From: Chrysomallon squamiferum | Lineage: Eukaryota; Animalia; Mollusca | Direction: 5' to 3' | Length of the DNA stretch: 64,000 nucleotides | Assembly: GCA_012295275.1 (NCBI GenBank) | Contig: CM022665.1 | Span: 18,848,001 to 18,912,000, forward strand | In this document: positions 29,750 through 44,025 of the stretch, piece by piece | Layout of the letters: every line of letters begins with the position of its first letter | How positions within the stretch are numbered: the first letter of the stretch is position 1 | Notes under the pieces: generated by a model | Seen by the model: the letters and a program-made list of their open reading frames with translations, nothing else | Databases searched by the model: none | Told to the model about the DNA's origin: nothing | Program-made: the position numbers and the translations under genes

Positions 29750-30022
29750 GTAAACAACTGATCTCGTTAATCTGGATTATTTCCCGTTCGAACCAGTACA
29801 CTGGTTTTGAAAGGGTTTTATCTGCGTTTTATTGCCTACGTCTTATAAAAGATTTCTTGCTGTAAGCTGTAGTATTTTTTTTTTTTTTTGGTGGATTTCC
29901 TTTGAAGACGATAATTATGTCAAACATGTTAAATATTTGACATACGGTAATCGATGCTTGAAAACTAATCTTTGTGTTTTTGCTGTTTTTTTATGTTAAA
30001 CAAAAAACAAACTTTAACCTTT
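29750..30022 (+). mobile_element. Degenerate SINE-like element (core and 3' tail)
   Basis: 'ttcccgttcgaaccagtac...tataaaagatttcttgctg...ggatttcc...gttaaacaaaaaacaaactttaac'. The core is the reverse complement of motifs at 27.1, 30.8 and 50.7 kb. Confidence 0.5.
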
Positions 30023-30502
30023 CTTGTTGTAAATTGTTACATTTTGCCCATGTAAGTGATTAAATAAATTCGTGGAGATAACGGTGCAAAAAAAGAGTAT
30101 AATTTATAGCATGCTCATTATTTGTTTTTCTAATTAAGCGATTTATATGCAGTTCATTACCATTAATATACCTAAGCGAGAAGAAGGTGTATCCAGAATT
30201 AACCCAGAGAATGTCTATTATAATAATTTTACATTAAATCAGAAAACTTATATTCCATCCTTTCATTCTACCAGTTATTTTAAACTGCTTTACTTGTGGG
30301 TGGCATGCAAGTAAAATATGTATAAGTATAAAATACAGAGTATTCTAAATGTGTTTGCTATTCACTAGATAGATGAATCTAGTGTTGTTTAAGGGACGTT
30401 CAGTAATGTATGGATAGTAACAATAATAATGCTAATGATGATAATAATAATAATAGTAATAAAAATAATTCAATTAAAATAATGATGATAATGATAATGA
30501 TG

Positions 30503-30541
<39 letters not shown>

Positions 30542-30799
30542 CAATCATAATAATAATGACAGTGATGATGATATTCTGGTCTTTGTTGCATAAAAGAAAA
30601 AGAAAACATAATTACACTGTCAACACAATAACATTAAAAGTATTAGTTTACATTCCTTTCTTCTTTTATTCAGAAATGAAATCTTGAACGAATTAAACGA
30701 CATGTTTTTATTACCTGCACAGTTTTATTTAACTATATCATAACATAATTGATCAATAACAGTTATTTGCTGAAAGTCGTAAGTTGTCATGTGAGTTAA

Positions 30800-30930
30800 T
30801 CCACTATCGTTACTTCATGGGTGATTTTTATCAGTTCGCAGGAAGGGGTATTTTATGTGTACCCTCCTACAGACAGAAAAATATAGACAATAATCTTCGA
30901 TAAACCAGTCAATGGGAATTGAAACTGGTT
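30800..30930 (-). mobile_element. Degenerate SINE-like core
   Basis: Shares the core with 27075-27240. Confidence 0.45.
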
Positions 30931-31042
30931 ATGTATTAACATGAAAACTGAGTAAATATATATATTGTTCATGTTTAATAAAACACAATATTTTTAAATA
31001 CGATTTTATTTTAATAATCTTTCATAGAAAAATATTTTTGAT

Positions 31043-31499
31043 CCCCGATTTCACGGACCAATAGGGGGAGTACTGGTCCGAAAAATGCAAAAATCTTCTA
31101 AATCTTCTAAACATTAACCCTAAAATTTACCTTAATATTAAACTTTAGTACACATAACAGTTTTATTATACAGTAATATAATAACGTAAGAACAATATAC
31201 ACACATAAAATCAATGTAAACAAATGTCATACAGTATATGCAGAGAAAAATGGACATTAGTTTGGGTGAAATTGGTTAGTTTAGGATAGTTATAGGTGCA
31301 AATTGTAAAATTTACTCTTACCTTCATAGAAAGTGAGTTGAGAATAGTGGGGACTCAGAATAACTTAAGCGGTAAGGTTTGAAGTGGGAAATGGTTGTAA
31401 GTTCAAATTCTGTGATTTCTCAAATTTGGTCCGAAAATCGTAATTCGGGAAACCCGAAGTCCAGAAAAGCGAGGTCCGTGAAATCGAGGGAAAACAGTG
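31043..31499. mobile_element. MITE, pogo/Tigger-like non-autonomous DNA element
   Basis: Inverted termini ccccgatttcacggacc (31043-31059) and ggtccgtgaaatcgaggg (31473-31490). The right end is 'aaaacagtg' followed by TA; the extreme left end is eroded. Subterminal (g)tccgaaaa repeats are present. Confidence 0.7.
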
Positions 31500-31680
31500 T
31501 AGGCCATTAGTAAATTATCTACTGCGTCTCGAGATCAAGAGAGACAACTCTATTCACATCTGCAGTAAAAGTTCAGTGTTGTTATGGTTCTTTGCTCTTT
31601 TGTCGATAAACATTATTCTAATTTATTTTTACTATTACTTTTTATTTATTTATTTATTATTGTTATTATATCATTATATA

Positions 31681-31711
<31 letters not shown>

Positions 31712-32120
31712 GTATATTTGTTTGTTTCGTTGCAGTACGGTTTTTGCATTAGTACATTGTATATTTAAATAAAATCATTATTATTTAATATTTGCATACT
31801 CTTTATGAACCTGGCATGTGTGTGCGTGTGTGTGTGTGTGTGTGTGTTTAGAATTTAGACTCTATTTTCATGTCAGAGATAAAACTGTCATTCTAATGGT
31901 ATGATACATTAGTTATTCTTTTTGTTTAGTCAGCAGTTAAGCGTCAATTTGCAAAATAATTACATCTTCATTTCTATAAATTATGTATTATGTATTGCAT
32001 TTGTTTCAAAATTACAACAGTAAACATTATTAAATCATGTTATTATGGCTTATATGTTAATGGATATAACAAAAAAAAAAAAAAGTTTTCAGCGATAGCT
32101 TTAGTACAGGTCTTTCACAT

Positions 32121-32221
<101 letters not shown>

Positions 32222-32265
32222 ATTTATATGTGTACGTATGAATACAATACAGCCACATATGCAAA

Positions 32266-32304
<39 letters not shown>

Positions 32305-34002
32305 TTTTATTTTATTTTATTTTATTTTTTCCTTGGCTTTTTTTAACATGCCTATCTGTCTATTTTCTATCTATATGTCCGTCTGATCGTACGTCCATCC
32401 GTCAGCCAGTCTGTGTGTTGTATTATATTCTGTCATATCTATTCTATCTATCCACATATCTTTTGTCATCTCTGTCGTTTACCCTCTGACTCGCTTCTGA
32501 CTTGTTTTTTCTGTCTGTGACACTGGAATGGTCTCAAACGAGCCGGACTAGCACACTTGTTTATTTGTTTATTATTCACATTTTGCGACACATATATCCC
32601 ACGGTCTGTTCTCTCCTTTGAACTTTCACAAACGAGTCCATTCTTTGTAAACAGTAATGGGTCTTCGTCAAATAAAATAGGTTGAGGATGCTGTCATAAA
32701 CTCACCCCTGCCATCCCTATAATAGTCTATGTAAATTCTCTAACGCTAATTAACGTTGTTTTCGGATTGTGAGTCTGCTATCTATATGTCTTTGTCACGA
32801 GAGACTGTACACGTGAAAGGTGTGTATGAACATAGCGCTGACTTGAAAAGAAGGATAACAACAGATTAATCATCATGTTAACTTGTAGATGTTAAACTAC
32901 GTTTAAGTTTTACGTTTCTCTTGTACATTTTTTTTTCTTCTAAACAACACATTACGAATCGTACTATATTTTCCAAATCTTCGGCACTTCGATCATCGTC
33001 AATTCATAGCTTTCTGTATTCTTAAATTCCTTCTGTCAGTTAATTCGGGTCGAAGCAAGCCTGTCACGGACACAGTAAGAGAACCTAGTTCGTCTTTCAG
33101 ATCATCTTAATTTTAATACTTCAAGTGAAGAAAAGAGAAAGGAGATAAATTTTTGTCAAAACAACATGCACCTAAAACTACATGAATAAAACATATATTA
33201 ATGCAACTCTGAAATGTTAATACTTCTCCTGTTTATTTGTTTTATAGCATAAACATCTGATAGAAGAAAGAAGCCCAAAATTCTAATTATTGATATTCAA
33301 CAGAAACGTCCAATCGTTAATATCTAATTACTGAAGTATATATCATATAAAAAAAGGTTATTGGATTTTTTAGTTTAACACACTAAGTATTCTCTTCTTT
33401 AGATGTGTTTGCTGATAGCACGCTTTTCACAGAAACTGAAACAAGTTTACAAGAACTCCAAATAACAGCAAAATAACCTCGATTAAAACGCATTTAGATA
33501 TATACACACACACACACAAACGCACATGTTTACATACATACATACAAATTTACTCTGTACCTTTACGATGTATACACACACATTAAAACGTACCGAACTC
33601 AACTTGGGTTTAGAGGTGATCGCCCGACACGGCTGGCCTACAGTTGTAGCTGCTTTGTCTTATAATCAGTTTAAGTAAAACAGTAAAATGTAAATGTTTT
33701 TTTTCTTCTGTTTTCTGGGCTCAAGGTAACCGGAGATGATGGCGAGTTCCCACCATTTTTATTTCTTACTTCATCTTTGTTACCATAAAACGTGAAAATG
33801 TACGAGATGACAGCTGCGTGACACGGTTCTGTCACATTCACTTCCACAATACACATCCGCTGGAAGTTTATAATAGAACTGTTTGTTCTCATGACAAAAA
33901 TCATTAATAAATAAGAAGAGACATAAATAAAGAAATGATTATGATAAATAAATAAATAAATAAATAACGATAAATGAAGGAATGGTAATAGTGGCAGCAG
34001 TG

Positions 34003-37000
34003 GTACATCAGTGGTAGCGTTACAGAATAAATAGTACTACATCAGTAGTATCAGTAGCTGTCGTTTGATTAGTGGTAGTACATCAGTAGCAGTAGCTGTA
34101 GTTGTAGTTGAATAAATAATAGTACATCAGTAGTATCAGTAGCTGTCGTTTGATTAGTGGTAGTACATCAGTAGCAGTAGCTGTAGTTGTAGTTGAATAA
34201 ATAATAGTACATCAGTAGTATCAGTAGCTTTCGTTTGATTAGTGGTAGTACATCAGTAGCAGTAGCTGTAGTTGTAGTTGAATAAATAATAGTACATCAG
34301 TAGTATCAGTAGCTGTCGTTTGATTAGTGGTAGTACATCAGTAGCAGTAGCTGTAGTTGTAGTTGAATAAATAATAGTACATCAGTAGTATCAGTAGCTG
34401 TCGTTTGATTAGTGGTAGTACATCAGTAGCAGTAGCAGTAGTTGTAGTTGAATAAATAATAGTACATCAGTAGTATCAGTAGCTGTCGTTTGATTAGTGG
34501 TAGTACATCAGTAGCAGTAGCTGTAGTTGAATAAATAATAGTACATAGTAGTAGCAGTAGCTGTCGTATGATTAGTAGTAGTACATCAGTAGCAGTAGCT
34601 GTAGTTGAATAAATAATAGTACATCAGTAGCAGTAGTTGTAGTTGAATAAATAATAGTACATCAGTAGTATCAGTAGCTGTCGTTTGATTAGCAGTAGTA
34701 CATCAGTAGCAGTAGCTGTAGTTGAATAAATAATAGTACATAGTAGTATCAGTAGCTGTCGTTTGATTAGCAGTAGTACATCAGTAGCAGTAGCTGTAGT
34801 TGAATAAATAATAGTACATAGTAGTAGTAGTAGCTGTCGTATGATTAGTAGTAGTACATCAGCAGCAGTAGCAGTAGTTGTAGTTGAATAAATAATAGTA
34901 CATCAGTAGTAGTAGTAGCTGTCGTATGATTAGTAGTAGTACATCAGTAGCAGTAGCTGTAGTTGAATAAATAGTACTGCATCAGTAGTAGTAGTAGCTG
35001 TCGTTTGATTAGTAGTAGTACATCAGTAGCAGTAGCAGTATCTATAGTTGAATAAATGATAGTACATCAGTAGTAGTAGTAGCTGTCGTTTGATTAGTAG
35101 TAGTACATCAGTCGAAGTAGCTGTAGTTGAATAAATAATACTACATCAGTACTAGTAGTAGTAGTCGTTTGATTAGTGGTAGTACATCAGTAGCAGTAGC
35201 TGTAGTTGAATAAATAATAGTACATCAGTAGTAGCAGTAGCTGTCGTTTGATTAGTAGTAGTACATCAGTAGCAGTAGTTGTAGTTGAATAAATAATAGT
35301 ACATCAGTAGTAGTAGTAGCTGTCGTTTGATTAGTAGTAGTACATCAGTAGCAGTAGTTGTAGTTGAATAAATAATAGTACACCAGTAGTTGCAGTAGCT
35401 GTCGTATGATTAGTAGTAGTACATCAGTAGCAGTAGTTGTAGTTGAATAAATAATAGTACATCAGTAGTAGTAGTAGCTGTCGTTTGATTAGTAGTAGTA
35501 CATCAGTAGCAGTAGCAGTAGTTGTAGTTGAATAAATAATAGTACATCAGTAGTAGTAGTAGCTGTCGTATGATTAGTAGTAGTACATCAGTAGCAGTAG
35601 CAGTAGTTGAATAAATAATAGTACATCAGTAGTAGTAGTAGCTGTCGTTTGATTAGTAGTAGTACATCAGTAGCAGTAGCAGTAGCTATAGTTGAATAAA
35701 TAGTACTACATCAGTAGTAGTAGTAGCTGTCGTATGATTAGTAATAGTACATCAGTCGCAGTAGCAGTAGTTGTAGTTGAATAAATAATAGTACATAGTA
35801 GTAGCAGTAGCTGTCGTTTGATTAGTAGTAGTACATTAGTAGCAGTAGCAGTAGTTGAATAAATAGTAGTACATCAGTAGTAGTAGTAGCTGTCGTATGA
35901 TTAGTAGTAGTACATCAGTAGCAGTAGCAGTAGTTGAATAAATAATACTACATCAGTAGTAGTAGTAGCTGTCGTTTGATTAGTAGTAGTACATTAGTGG
36001 CAGTAGCTGTAGTTGTAGTTGAATAAATAATAGTACATCAGTAGTAGTAGTAGCTGTCGTATGATTAGTAGTAGTAGATCAGTCGCAGTAGCTGTAGTTG
36101 AATAAATAATACTACATCAGTAGTAGTAGTAGCTCTCGTATGATTAGTAGTAGTAGATCAGTCGCAGTAGCTGTAGTTGAATAAATAATAGTACATCAGT
36201 AGTAGTAGTAGCTGTCGTTTGATTAGTAGTAGTACATCAGTAGCAGTAGTTGTAGTTGAATAAATAATAGTACACCAGTAGTTGCAGTAGCTGTCGTATG
36301 ATTAGTAGTAGTACATCAGTAGCAGTAGTTGTAGTTGAATAAATAATAGTACATCAGTAGTAGTAGTAGCTGTCGTTTGATTAGTAGTAGTACATCAGTA
36401 GCAGTAGCAGTAGTTGAATAAATAATACTACATCAGCAGTAGTAGTAGCTGTCGTTTGATTAGTAGTAGTACATCAGTAGCAGTAGTTGTAGTTGAATAA
36501 ATAATAGTACATCAGTCGCAGTAGCAGTAGTTGAATAAATAATACTACATCAGTAGTAGTAGTAGCTGTCGTTTGATTAGTAGTAGTACATCAGTAGCAG
36601 TAGCTGTAGTTGAATAAATAATAGTACATCAGTAGTAGCAGTAGCTGTCGTATGATTAGTAGTAGTACATCAGTAGCAGTAGCAGTAGTTGAATAAATAA
36701 TAGTACATCAGTAGTAGTAGTAGCTGTCGTTTGATTAGTAGTAGTACATCAGTCGCAGTAGCAGTAGCTATAGTTGAATAAATAATAGTACATCAGTAGT
36801 AGTAGTAGTAGTAGCTGTAGTTGAATAAATAGTACTACATCAGTAGTAGCAGTAGCTGTCGTATGATTAGTAGTAGTACATCAGTAGCAGTAGCAGTAGC
36901 TGTAGTTGAATAAATAATAGTACATCAGTAGTAGTAGTAGCTGTCGTATGATTAGTAATAGTACATCAGTCGCAGTAGCAGTAGTTGTAGTTGAATAAAT

Positions 37001-38116
37001 AATAGTACATAGTAGTAGCAGTAGCTGTCGTTTGATTAGTAGTAGTACATTAGTAGCAGTAGCAGTAGTTGAATAAATAGTACTACATCAGTACTAGTAG
37101 TAGCTGTCGTTTGATTAGTAGTAGTACATCAGTAGCAGTAGCTGTAGTTGAATACATAATAGTACATCAGTAGTAGCAGTAGCTGTCGTATGATTAGTAG
37201 TAGTACATCAGTAGCAGTAGCAGTAGCTGTAGTTGAATAAATAATACTACATCAGTACTAGTAGTAGCTGTCGTATGATTAGTAGTAGTACATCAGTAGC
37301 AGTAGCTGTAGTTTAATAAATAGTACTACATCAGTAGTAGTAGTAGCTCTCGTATGATTAGTACTAGTACATCAGTAGTAGTAGCTGTAGCTGTAGTTGA
37401 ATAAATAGTACTATATCAGTACTAGTAGTAGCTGTCGTATGATTAGTAGTAGTACATCAGTAGCAGTAGCAGTAGCTGTAGTTGAATAAATAATAGTACA
37501 TCAGTAGTAGTAGTAGTAGTAGCTGTAGTTGAATAAATAATACTACATCAGTAGTAGCAGTAGCTGTCGTTTGATTAGTAGTAGTACATCAGTCGCAGTA
37601 GCTATAGTTGAATAAATAATAGTACATAAGTAGTAGTAGTAGCTGTCGTATGATTAGTAGTAGTACATCAGTAGCAGTAGCAGTAGTTGAATAAATAATA
37701 GTACATCAGTAGTAGTAGTAGCTGTCGTATGATTAGTAGTAGTACATCAGTAGCAGTAGCAGTAGTTGTAGTTGAATAAATAATAGTACATCGGTAGTAG
37801 CAGTAGCTGTCGTTTGATTAGTAGTAGTACATCAGTAGCAGTAGCTGTAGTTGAATAAATAATAGTACATCAGTAGTAGTAGTAGCTGTCGTATGATTAG
37901 TAGTAGTACATCAGTAGCAGTAGCAGTAGTTGAATAAATAATAGTACATCAGTAGTAGTAGTAGCTGTCGTATGATTAGTAGTAGTACATCAGTAGCAGT
38001 AGCAGTAGCTGTAGTTGAATAAATAATACTACATCAGTAGTAGCAGTAGCTGTCGTATGATCAGTCATAATAATAGTAGCTATAGTTGAATAAATAGTAG
38101 TACATCAGTACTAGTA
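34003..38116. repeat. 4.1 kb satellite, 79/85-bp unit, about 50 copies
   Basis: Unit GAATAAATAATAGTACATCAGTAGTAGTAGTAGCTGTCGTTTGATTAGTAGTAGTACATCAGTAGCAGTAGCTGTAGTT. GAATAAA recurs at 34110, 34195, 34280 (85 bp spacing) and at 35208, 35287, 35366 (79 bp spacing). Confidence 0.97.
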
Positions 38117-38484
38117 ACGGTACTTAAATTATTTATTATACCATTACTGCACTGGCGTAGATCTTTCTATTGAAAATAAATTCAAAATAAAATCGAAGAA
38201 CTCAACAATCATTATATCTTTTCTTTTTCTTTTTTAAGGATGGGAAGCTGGACATTTCACATTTTGCGAGTAAACAATATTGGCAAAGAATCTAAAGAGA
38301 AGAGAAAGCCGGATATCACGTAAAAACTGCAGGTAAACATCGCAGTTGGACGTAATAGTTTGGTTCATTTCAATCAATCACAAATGATGCAGAAAACAGG
38401 GAGGAGTGGAAGATGAAGAGACAAAAAAAATGTAGATAGAAGTGTAAACACAAACAACCGCACACTGGAATACGCAGAAGCTCA

Positions 38485-38523
<39 letters not shown>

Positions 38524-38538
38524 CACACACGTATACAC

Positions 38539-38584
<46 letters not shown>

Positions 38585-38679
38585 CACACACTTCCTAACA
38601 CGGATACAAACGATGTGCACCTTCATAATTGTATACATAGATGATCCTTACTTCAGTTTCTTGTGTGTGTGTGTGTGTT

Positions 38680-38713
<34 letters not shown>

Positions 38714-39332
38714 AGAAAACAATTTTGTTTAAATTTTATTTACATTAAAACGTAAGCCGTAATAACATGATTTAATCATATTTATTTGTGTAGTATTAAA
38801 ACAAGTGCAGTACATAATATAATACTACTTATTCTTGTGATTTTACAATACATAATAATGACATTTTTTGCTAATTTTAATACACATCATCATCATCGCC
38901 ATTATCAGGCTAACACTAGAATGATTAAAATACAATAAAAGTGTTATTTTAATCCAAATACAATGCATAATGCACTATAACCTTCTGACAACCAGACAAC
39001 AGTTAAAAAATAAAATAAACAGACAATGCAGGAAATGGGCTTGGAGAAGTCTCTCTACAACATTACAAACGTCTGACGACACCAGCTCGTTGACGTCCCC
39101 ATTCAGAAAGAGGAGGCTTGTTGGAAGATGCGTTTTAATTATTATGTAAGCCGTACATGATGATGAACGATGACGTTAAGGATGTGTCGTCTTAAAAAGG
39201 CGTCGGACACGGTGGCACCTGTATGTTGGTTTACCTCATAACTGTTTAAAATGATGAATTGTCTGTAGATTGGAAACACAGACGAATCCGTCAAAATAAC
39301 ACTTACGTTTAAAAAACAAGACCTTGTGCTCC

Positions 39333-39402
39333 TATAAATAATGGAACTAATACGCAATCATAGATGATTCTGCTTCGCTGGAGATTAGCAATTTGCTTCG
39401 AG
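39333..39402 (+). promoter_or_regulatory. Putative TATA box and short non-coding first exon of Kunitz gene A
   Basis: TATAAATA at 39333 and strong donor GAG|GTGAGT at 39402. The ATG exon has an acceptor ending at 40891, so it needs an upstream exon. Confidence 0.55.
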
Positions 39403-39550
39403 GTGAGTTTTTTTTTTCGGGTTATTTTTCCCTGTTGTCGTTTGTAAGCATTCGGATTTATCTAGTAAAGCGGTATTTAGTGATGTTGTTTTAAGACCTA
39501 GTTAACTGAATAAAAGCAAATTTTATTATTTTATTTTATTTTATTTTATT

Positions 39551-39581
<31 letters not shown>

Positions 39582-40053
39582 TATTTTTTAATTTTATTAA
39601 TATTTTCTCTTAAAGAATTAAATTGTGTCTTTTCCTGCTTGTGTCATAATCTGAGTATAGGTATTTGCATTATAATGTAATCGTTAAAAAACTGAATAAA
39701 ATTATGTCTATAAAAGCGCTTGGTTAGCTGATTTACAAAGGAAAATAAACTAAACCAATTTTCATATAGTAGTAGTAGTAGAACTACTAGCAGTAATAGC
39801 AGTAGTGGAAATAGTAGTTTTAATGACAGTGGTAGTAGTAATAGAAATGATTTTTATAGTAATAATAGTGGTAGTGACAGTAGTAATAACAGCAACAGTA
39901 TTAGCAATATTCCAACAGCAACAAGTTGTTGTTTTTGTTCTACGAGCAGTATCAGTGTAGTAATGACGATAATGGCAATACCTAGACTGATTCCAAGAGC
40001 AAAATTCCGTGAACTAACTAATTTTTCAAAGATTATAAAGAAAATAATTTTAC

Positions 40054-40115
<62 letters not shown>

Positions 40116-40800
40116 CATCATCATCATCATAATAATAATAATACAAAAAACACGATCACGAATGATCACAAATCGTATCAAAACAAATTATTATTCTTCA
40201 TTTATCTTTCGTTTTTGACAAATATGTATATTTGACATTACTGAGCCACAAAATGAAAGGCGAAGTCATCAACTGGTACTAACATCTGCTGCTGCTAGAA
40301 CCAAATGGTACGAAATCCTTGAATCAAACTGTACTGAGTCGACCAGTATTATTTCAGGGACAAGTATACCAGCACAGAAATTCTGGCATCGTAGAAACGA
40401 TATGCACATCCTTTTTTATTATCACAATAATAATATAATCACAAATCTAGAACAGCATGTATATAGGTTGTTTATTGATTACAAATAAACGACGGATGAG
40501 TGGTGATTCGTTGGTTAAGAAGGGCAGAAGAGATGATTTGCCTCAAATTCTAAAAACGAAAAGTCACGCGTATCAATGTCTTGTTGCTTTGCCCAGCTTT
40601 TCCATATTAATTCGCGCGAGTGTGGATAGGTCGCTGCCATCAATACCCCCTGAGTCGTACATCCATGTTTGTAACTTTCTGTTATTAGCAGAACAGTATA
40701 GAACAAGCAACAACAATAATAAATAAAGCAAAGAGTAAAACTGTTATTATTATCATCATCCTTAGTATTATTGCTGCTGTTGTTGTCGTTGTTGTTGTTA

Positions 40801-40844
<44 letters not shown>

Positions 40845-40900
40845 GAAAAATGAAAATTTTAATAATTAGTCAGATATTTTCTTATTTTTAGAATTACAAA

Positions 40901-42478
40901 ATGATTCACTTCAGTCTGCTGTTTGTGTTCGTGTTTGCTGTAGATGTATTTGGAAACAGACCAGGTACGTGAGTTAAGCTAAACAAACAAACAAACAAAC
41001 AAACAAACAAAGAAGCAAACAAATAAATAAATAAAAAAGACAAGCCAGAATTAAATTTCTTATTTTCTCTTTGACATAAAGTAACTGTATTTGTTAGTGT
41101 TCCTGTTTTGTGTTTGTTTATGTACATGTGTGTCTAAATAATAATGTATATATACGCGTATATGAGAGAGAAAAAGTATGTCTCTCTTTCTATGTATTGT
41201 GTGTGGGTGTATATATAGGTGTATGTCTCTTTTGGATACGTTCATTTTTGTTTTTGAAAATGTACTTCACATAAATACTGTAATAGTTAATCAAATGTAT
41301 TTTCTGTTGTAAATGACGTAGTAATATGAATTGCGTTTCCTACTTCTACCAGATTCTGCCAAGACCACCAATGACATCATGTTGCCGAGACGTACGTGTA
41401 TGTCAATATGTCGTTTTACATACAGCTACAAACGTTGTCGCTGTGAAGAACTACGCACTGTCGTAGATTCAGATCCATGCACGGTGATTCAAATTTCTTT
41501 CATCTAATATTTCAGTTTCAGCTGATTCAGTTTCATTGGGCTCTTCTATTATTATTTTTGTCTGCGCTTTACAACTAATTTTTTTAATGCGCCTTGGTAT
41601 ATAGTGACCTTTCTCTGTACACTTGCATAAAATATTCGTTTGTATTGAGTAAGGACACCCACATTTTCTGTTAAAATAACATTATATGAATGCGTGTTTT
41701 ACTGTTCAGAAATAGATAAAAAATAAAAGTGCTACGGGATCGTAATAACAATATCCATTCATTTATATAAGTTTTTTTTTAAAAGTTTTTGTTTTGCAGG
41801 CTGTGACATGCCCAACTGGTCATATCTGTAAGAGATTCTGGATCTTTCCAAAATGTGTCGTGGATCCGAAAAAAGGTATTCGAATTTTTTGTGCATGCAT
41901 GCATGTTTGTGTTATGTGTTTGTGTATGTATATGTGTGTACATGTGTGAGTATGTACGTACGTATGTATGTATCTATGTATGTATGTATGTGTGTGTGTA
42001 TGTATGTATGTATGTATGTATGTATGTATGCATGTGTGTATATATATGTATGTTATGTATGTAGTATGCTCGTACCTATGTATACATCGAAGTGATATGT
42101 ACCTGTGTTTGTTTTCCTGTTCTTTTAAATAAATCTCTCTTTAGAAAATTAAAATTAATAAGTTACTCTATATCAACTTCGAGAATATTTTATTATTTTG
42201 CTTTCCTGTCAGCATAACTTTTTGTTGTTGTTGTTGTTGAGCTAATTACCTTTTACTTAATTAATTGAAACGATTATTAAAAATGATTTAACTCTAATTG
42301 TACAGTTTGCAGTTTGCCTAAAGCCACGGGTCCATGTAACGGTATCATACCACGATACTTCTTCAACAAAGACACTGGCAAGTGTGAAGAATTCATCTGG
42401 GGTGGATGTGGAGGAAATCTCAACAACTTCAGATTTCTTCGACAGTGCAAATTTCGGTGCGCCAAAAATCGGGGCTGA
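40901..42478 (+). CDS. Secreted Kunitz/BPTI protein A, 147 aa (exons 40901-40964, 41353-41483, 41800-41875, 42306-42478)
   Basis: MIHFSLLFVFVFAVDVFGNRP/DSAKTTNDIMLPRRTCMSICRFTYSYKRCRCEELRTVVDSDPCT/AVTCPTGHICKRFWIFPKCVVDPKK/VCSLPKATGPCNGIIPRYFFNKDTGKCEEFIWGGCGGNLNNFRFLRQCKFRCAKNRG*. GT-AG introns of phase 1,0,1; six Kunitz Cys; AATAAA at 42606. Not present in the ORF track. Confidence 0.9.
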
Positions 42479-43898
42479 AACACCATTCACAAAACAACAT
42501 CCTGTCATACTTCTTTGTCATTTGTGCCTTAACACAAACATTAATGTTATTATAATTTTATTTCATAGATCCATTAAATTCATCGTGTTTTGTTTTTTAT
42601 TATTTAATAAAGTTGTACCGTTTTTCCATTTGCTTTGTTGTGTTTTTCATTATTTGAAATTAATTATGTAGTGTATGAAATAGTGTTCAGTAATAACCTA
42701 TGAATAAAGTTGCTCGTGATTATATTGGCTATTAAACGATTAGGAGCCGGAAATATTTTACGTGCACTTTCTCGTAAAGGTACCATAAGTGAAAGCATTG
42801 GTTGGATCGGGAAACATATCAAGTAACATATTATGAAGTATGTGATTCCGAAATCTATCAATCTTCACATAAATGCTTTAACAGCGCAGCTTCAAACTGG
42901 TTCCTTCGAAAGCAAATCTCACATAAAATGTTTGTCAAATACAACATAATTTTATATAAATAAATGGATACAGTCAAAATCACTGATAAACAGTCTCCAA
43001 TAGGAATATAGAAGAAAAAAAACCCCAATATTATAACTTAGCTTATTTCATTTTTTATTATTTAAATGAAAATATAAATGTTATCTCCAAACACAGATGG
43101 CCTTACTACTATGTTATGACGACAAATTCACTTTCTGTCGTAATCACTACTCATGTATCAAATTTTGCCCAGTATGTCGTAATCTATTTCATCTTGGTTC
43201 TTAAAGTAGACCTCGTTTGTTTGTTATCTAAGATGATAGGTTAAGTGAACTTATTATCCACTAGTATACTTAATTTCTGCTCCAGATGTTTTTATATGTC
43301 TTATTACGTATGTTCCTGTCGTTAACACTAAGTTCGTACAAAATCAGATTAATGTATGTTCTCTCAGATTTTGTTCTGTTTGTGTTCTTAAATTTACTAT
43401 AATATATTATCTTAGCGGCTCTAGTATTCGTAGACAAAACTTTTTATGGTTTAGAAAAAGATTTAGTTTTTATCGCGGTTACTTATTTAATAGTAAAATA
43501 TACATTACAAGCATATAATGAATTTCATATACTGATTTTAAATCTAGTTCTCTTTTCTTTTCTTTCTTTTTAATTATTTATAGTTTATAAGTGAAATTCA
43601 CTTTCGCTTTTTCTACATTTTTTAACAGAAATCTGTTTACTAATGTGTGTTTTTTAATAATAATAATAATAATAATTAGTATTTAAAATAATTTTTTCTT
43701 ATGTTTTTAAATAATAGTTATTGACATATATTTCATTTGCCATTTTGAAACTTTCAAGTTAGCAAGTTGTATGAGTGTGATGATACATATGATAAATCTC
43801 CGATTTCGTGGGTCTTTTAAATATTTTTTTTTTTTTTTTTTACTTAAGGCACTGAACCCACATTGCTGCTTTCGTAATCTGGTCATTGTTTACATATA

Positions 43899-44025
<127 letters not shown>

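Noticed and set aside
34003-38116. Satellite as a CRISPR array or mucin-like coding repeat
   Set aside because: No unique spacers or cas genes, and the context is eukaryotic. Unit lengths of 79 and 85 are not multiples of three, and no long ORF was called on either strand.
42257-42671. ORF-track calls 42257-42508 (-), 42277-42486 (-) and 42384-42671 (+)
   Set aside because: Wrong-frame or antisense shadows of the Kunitz exon 42306-42478.
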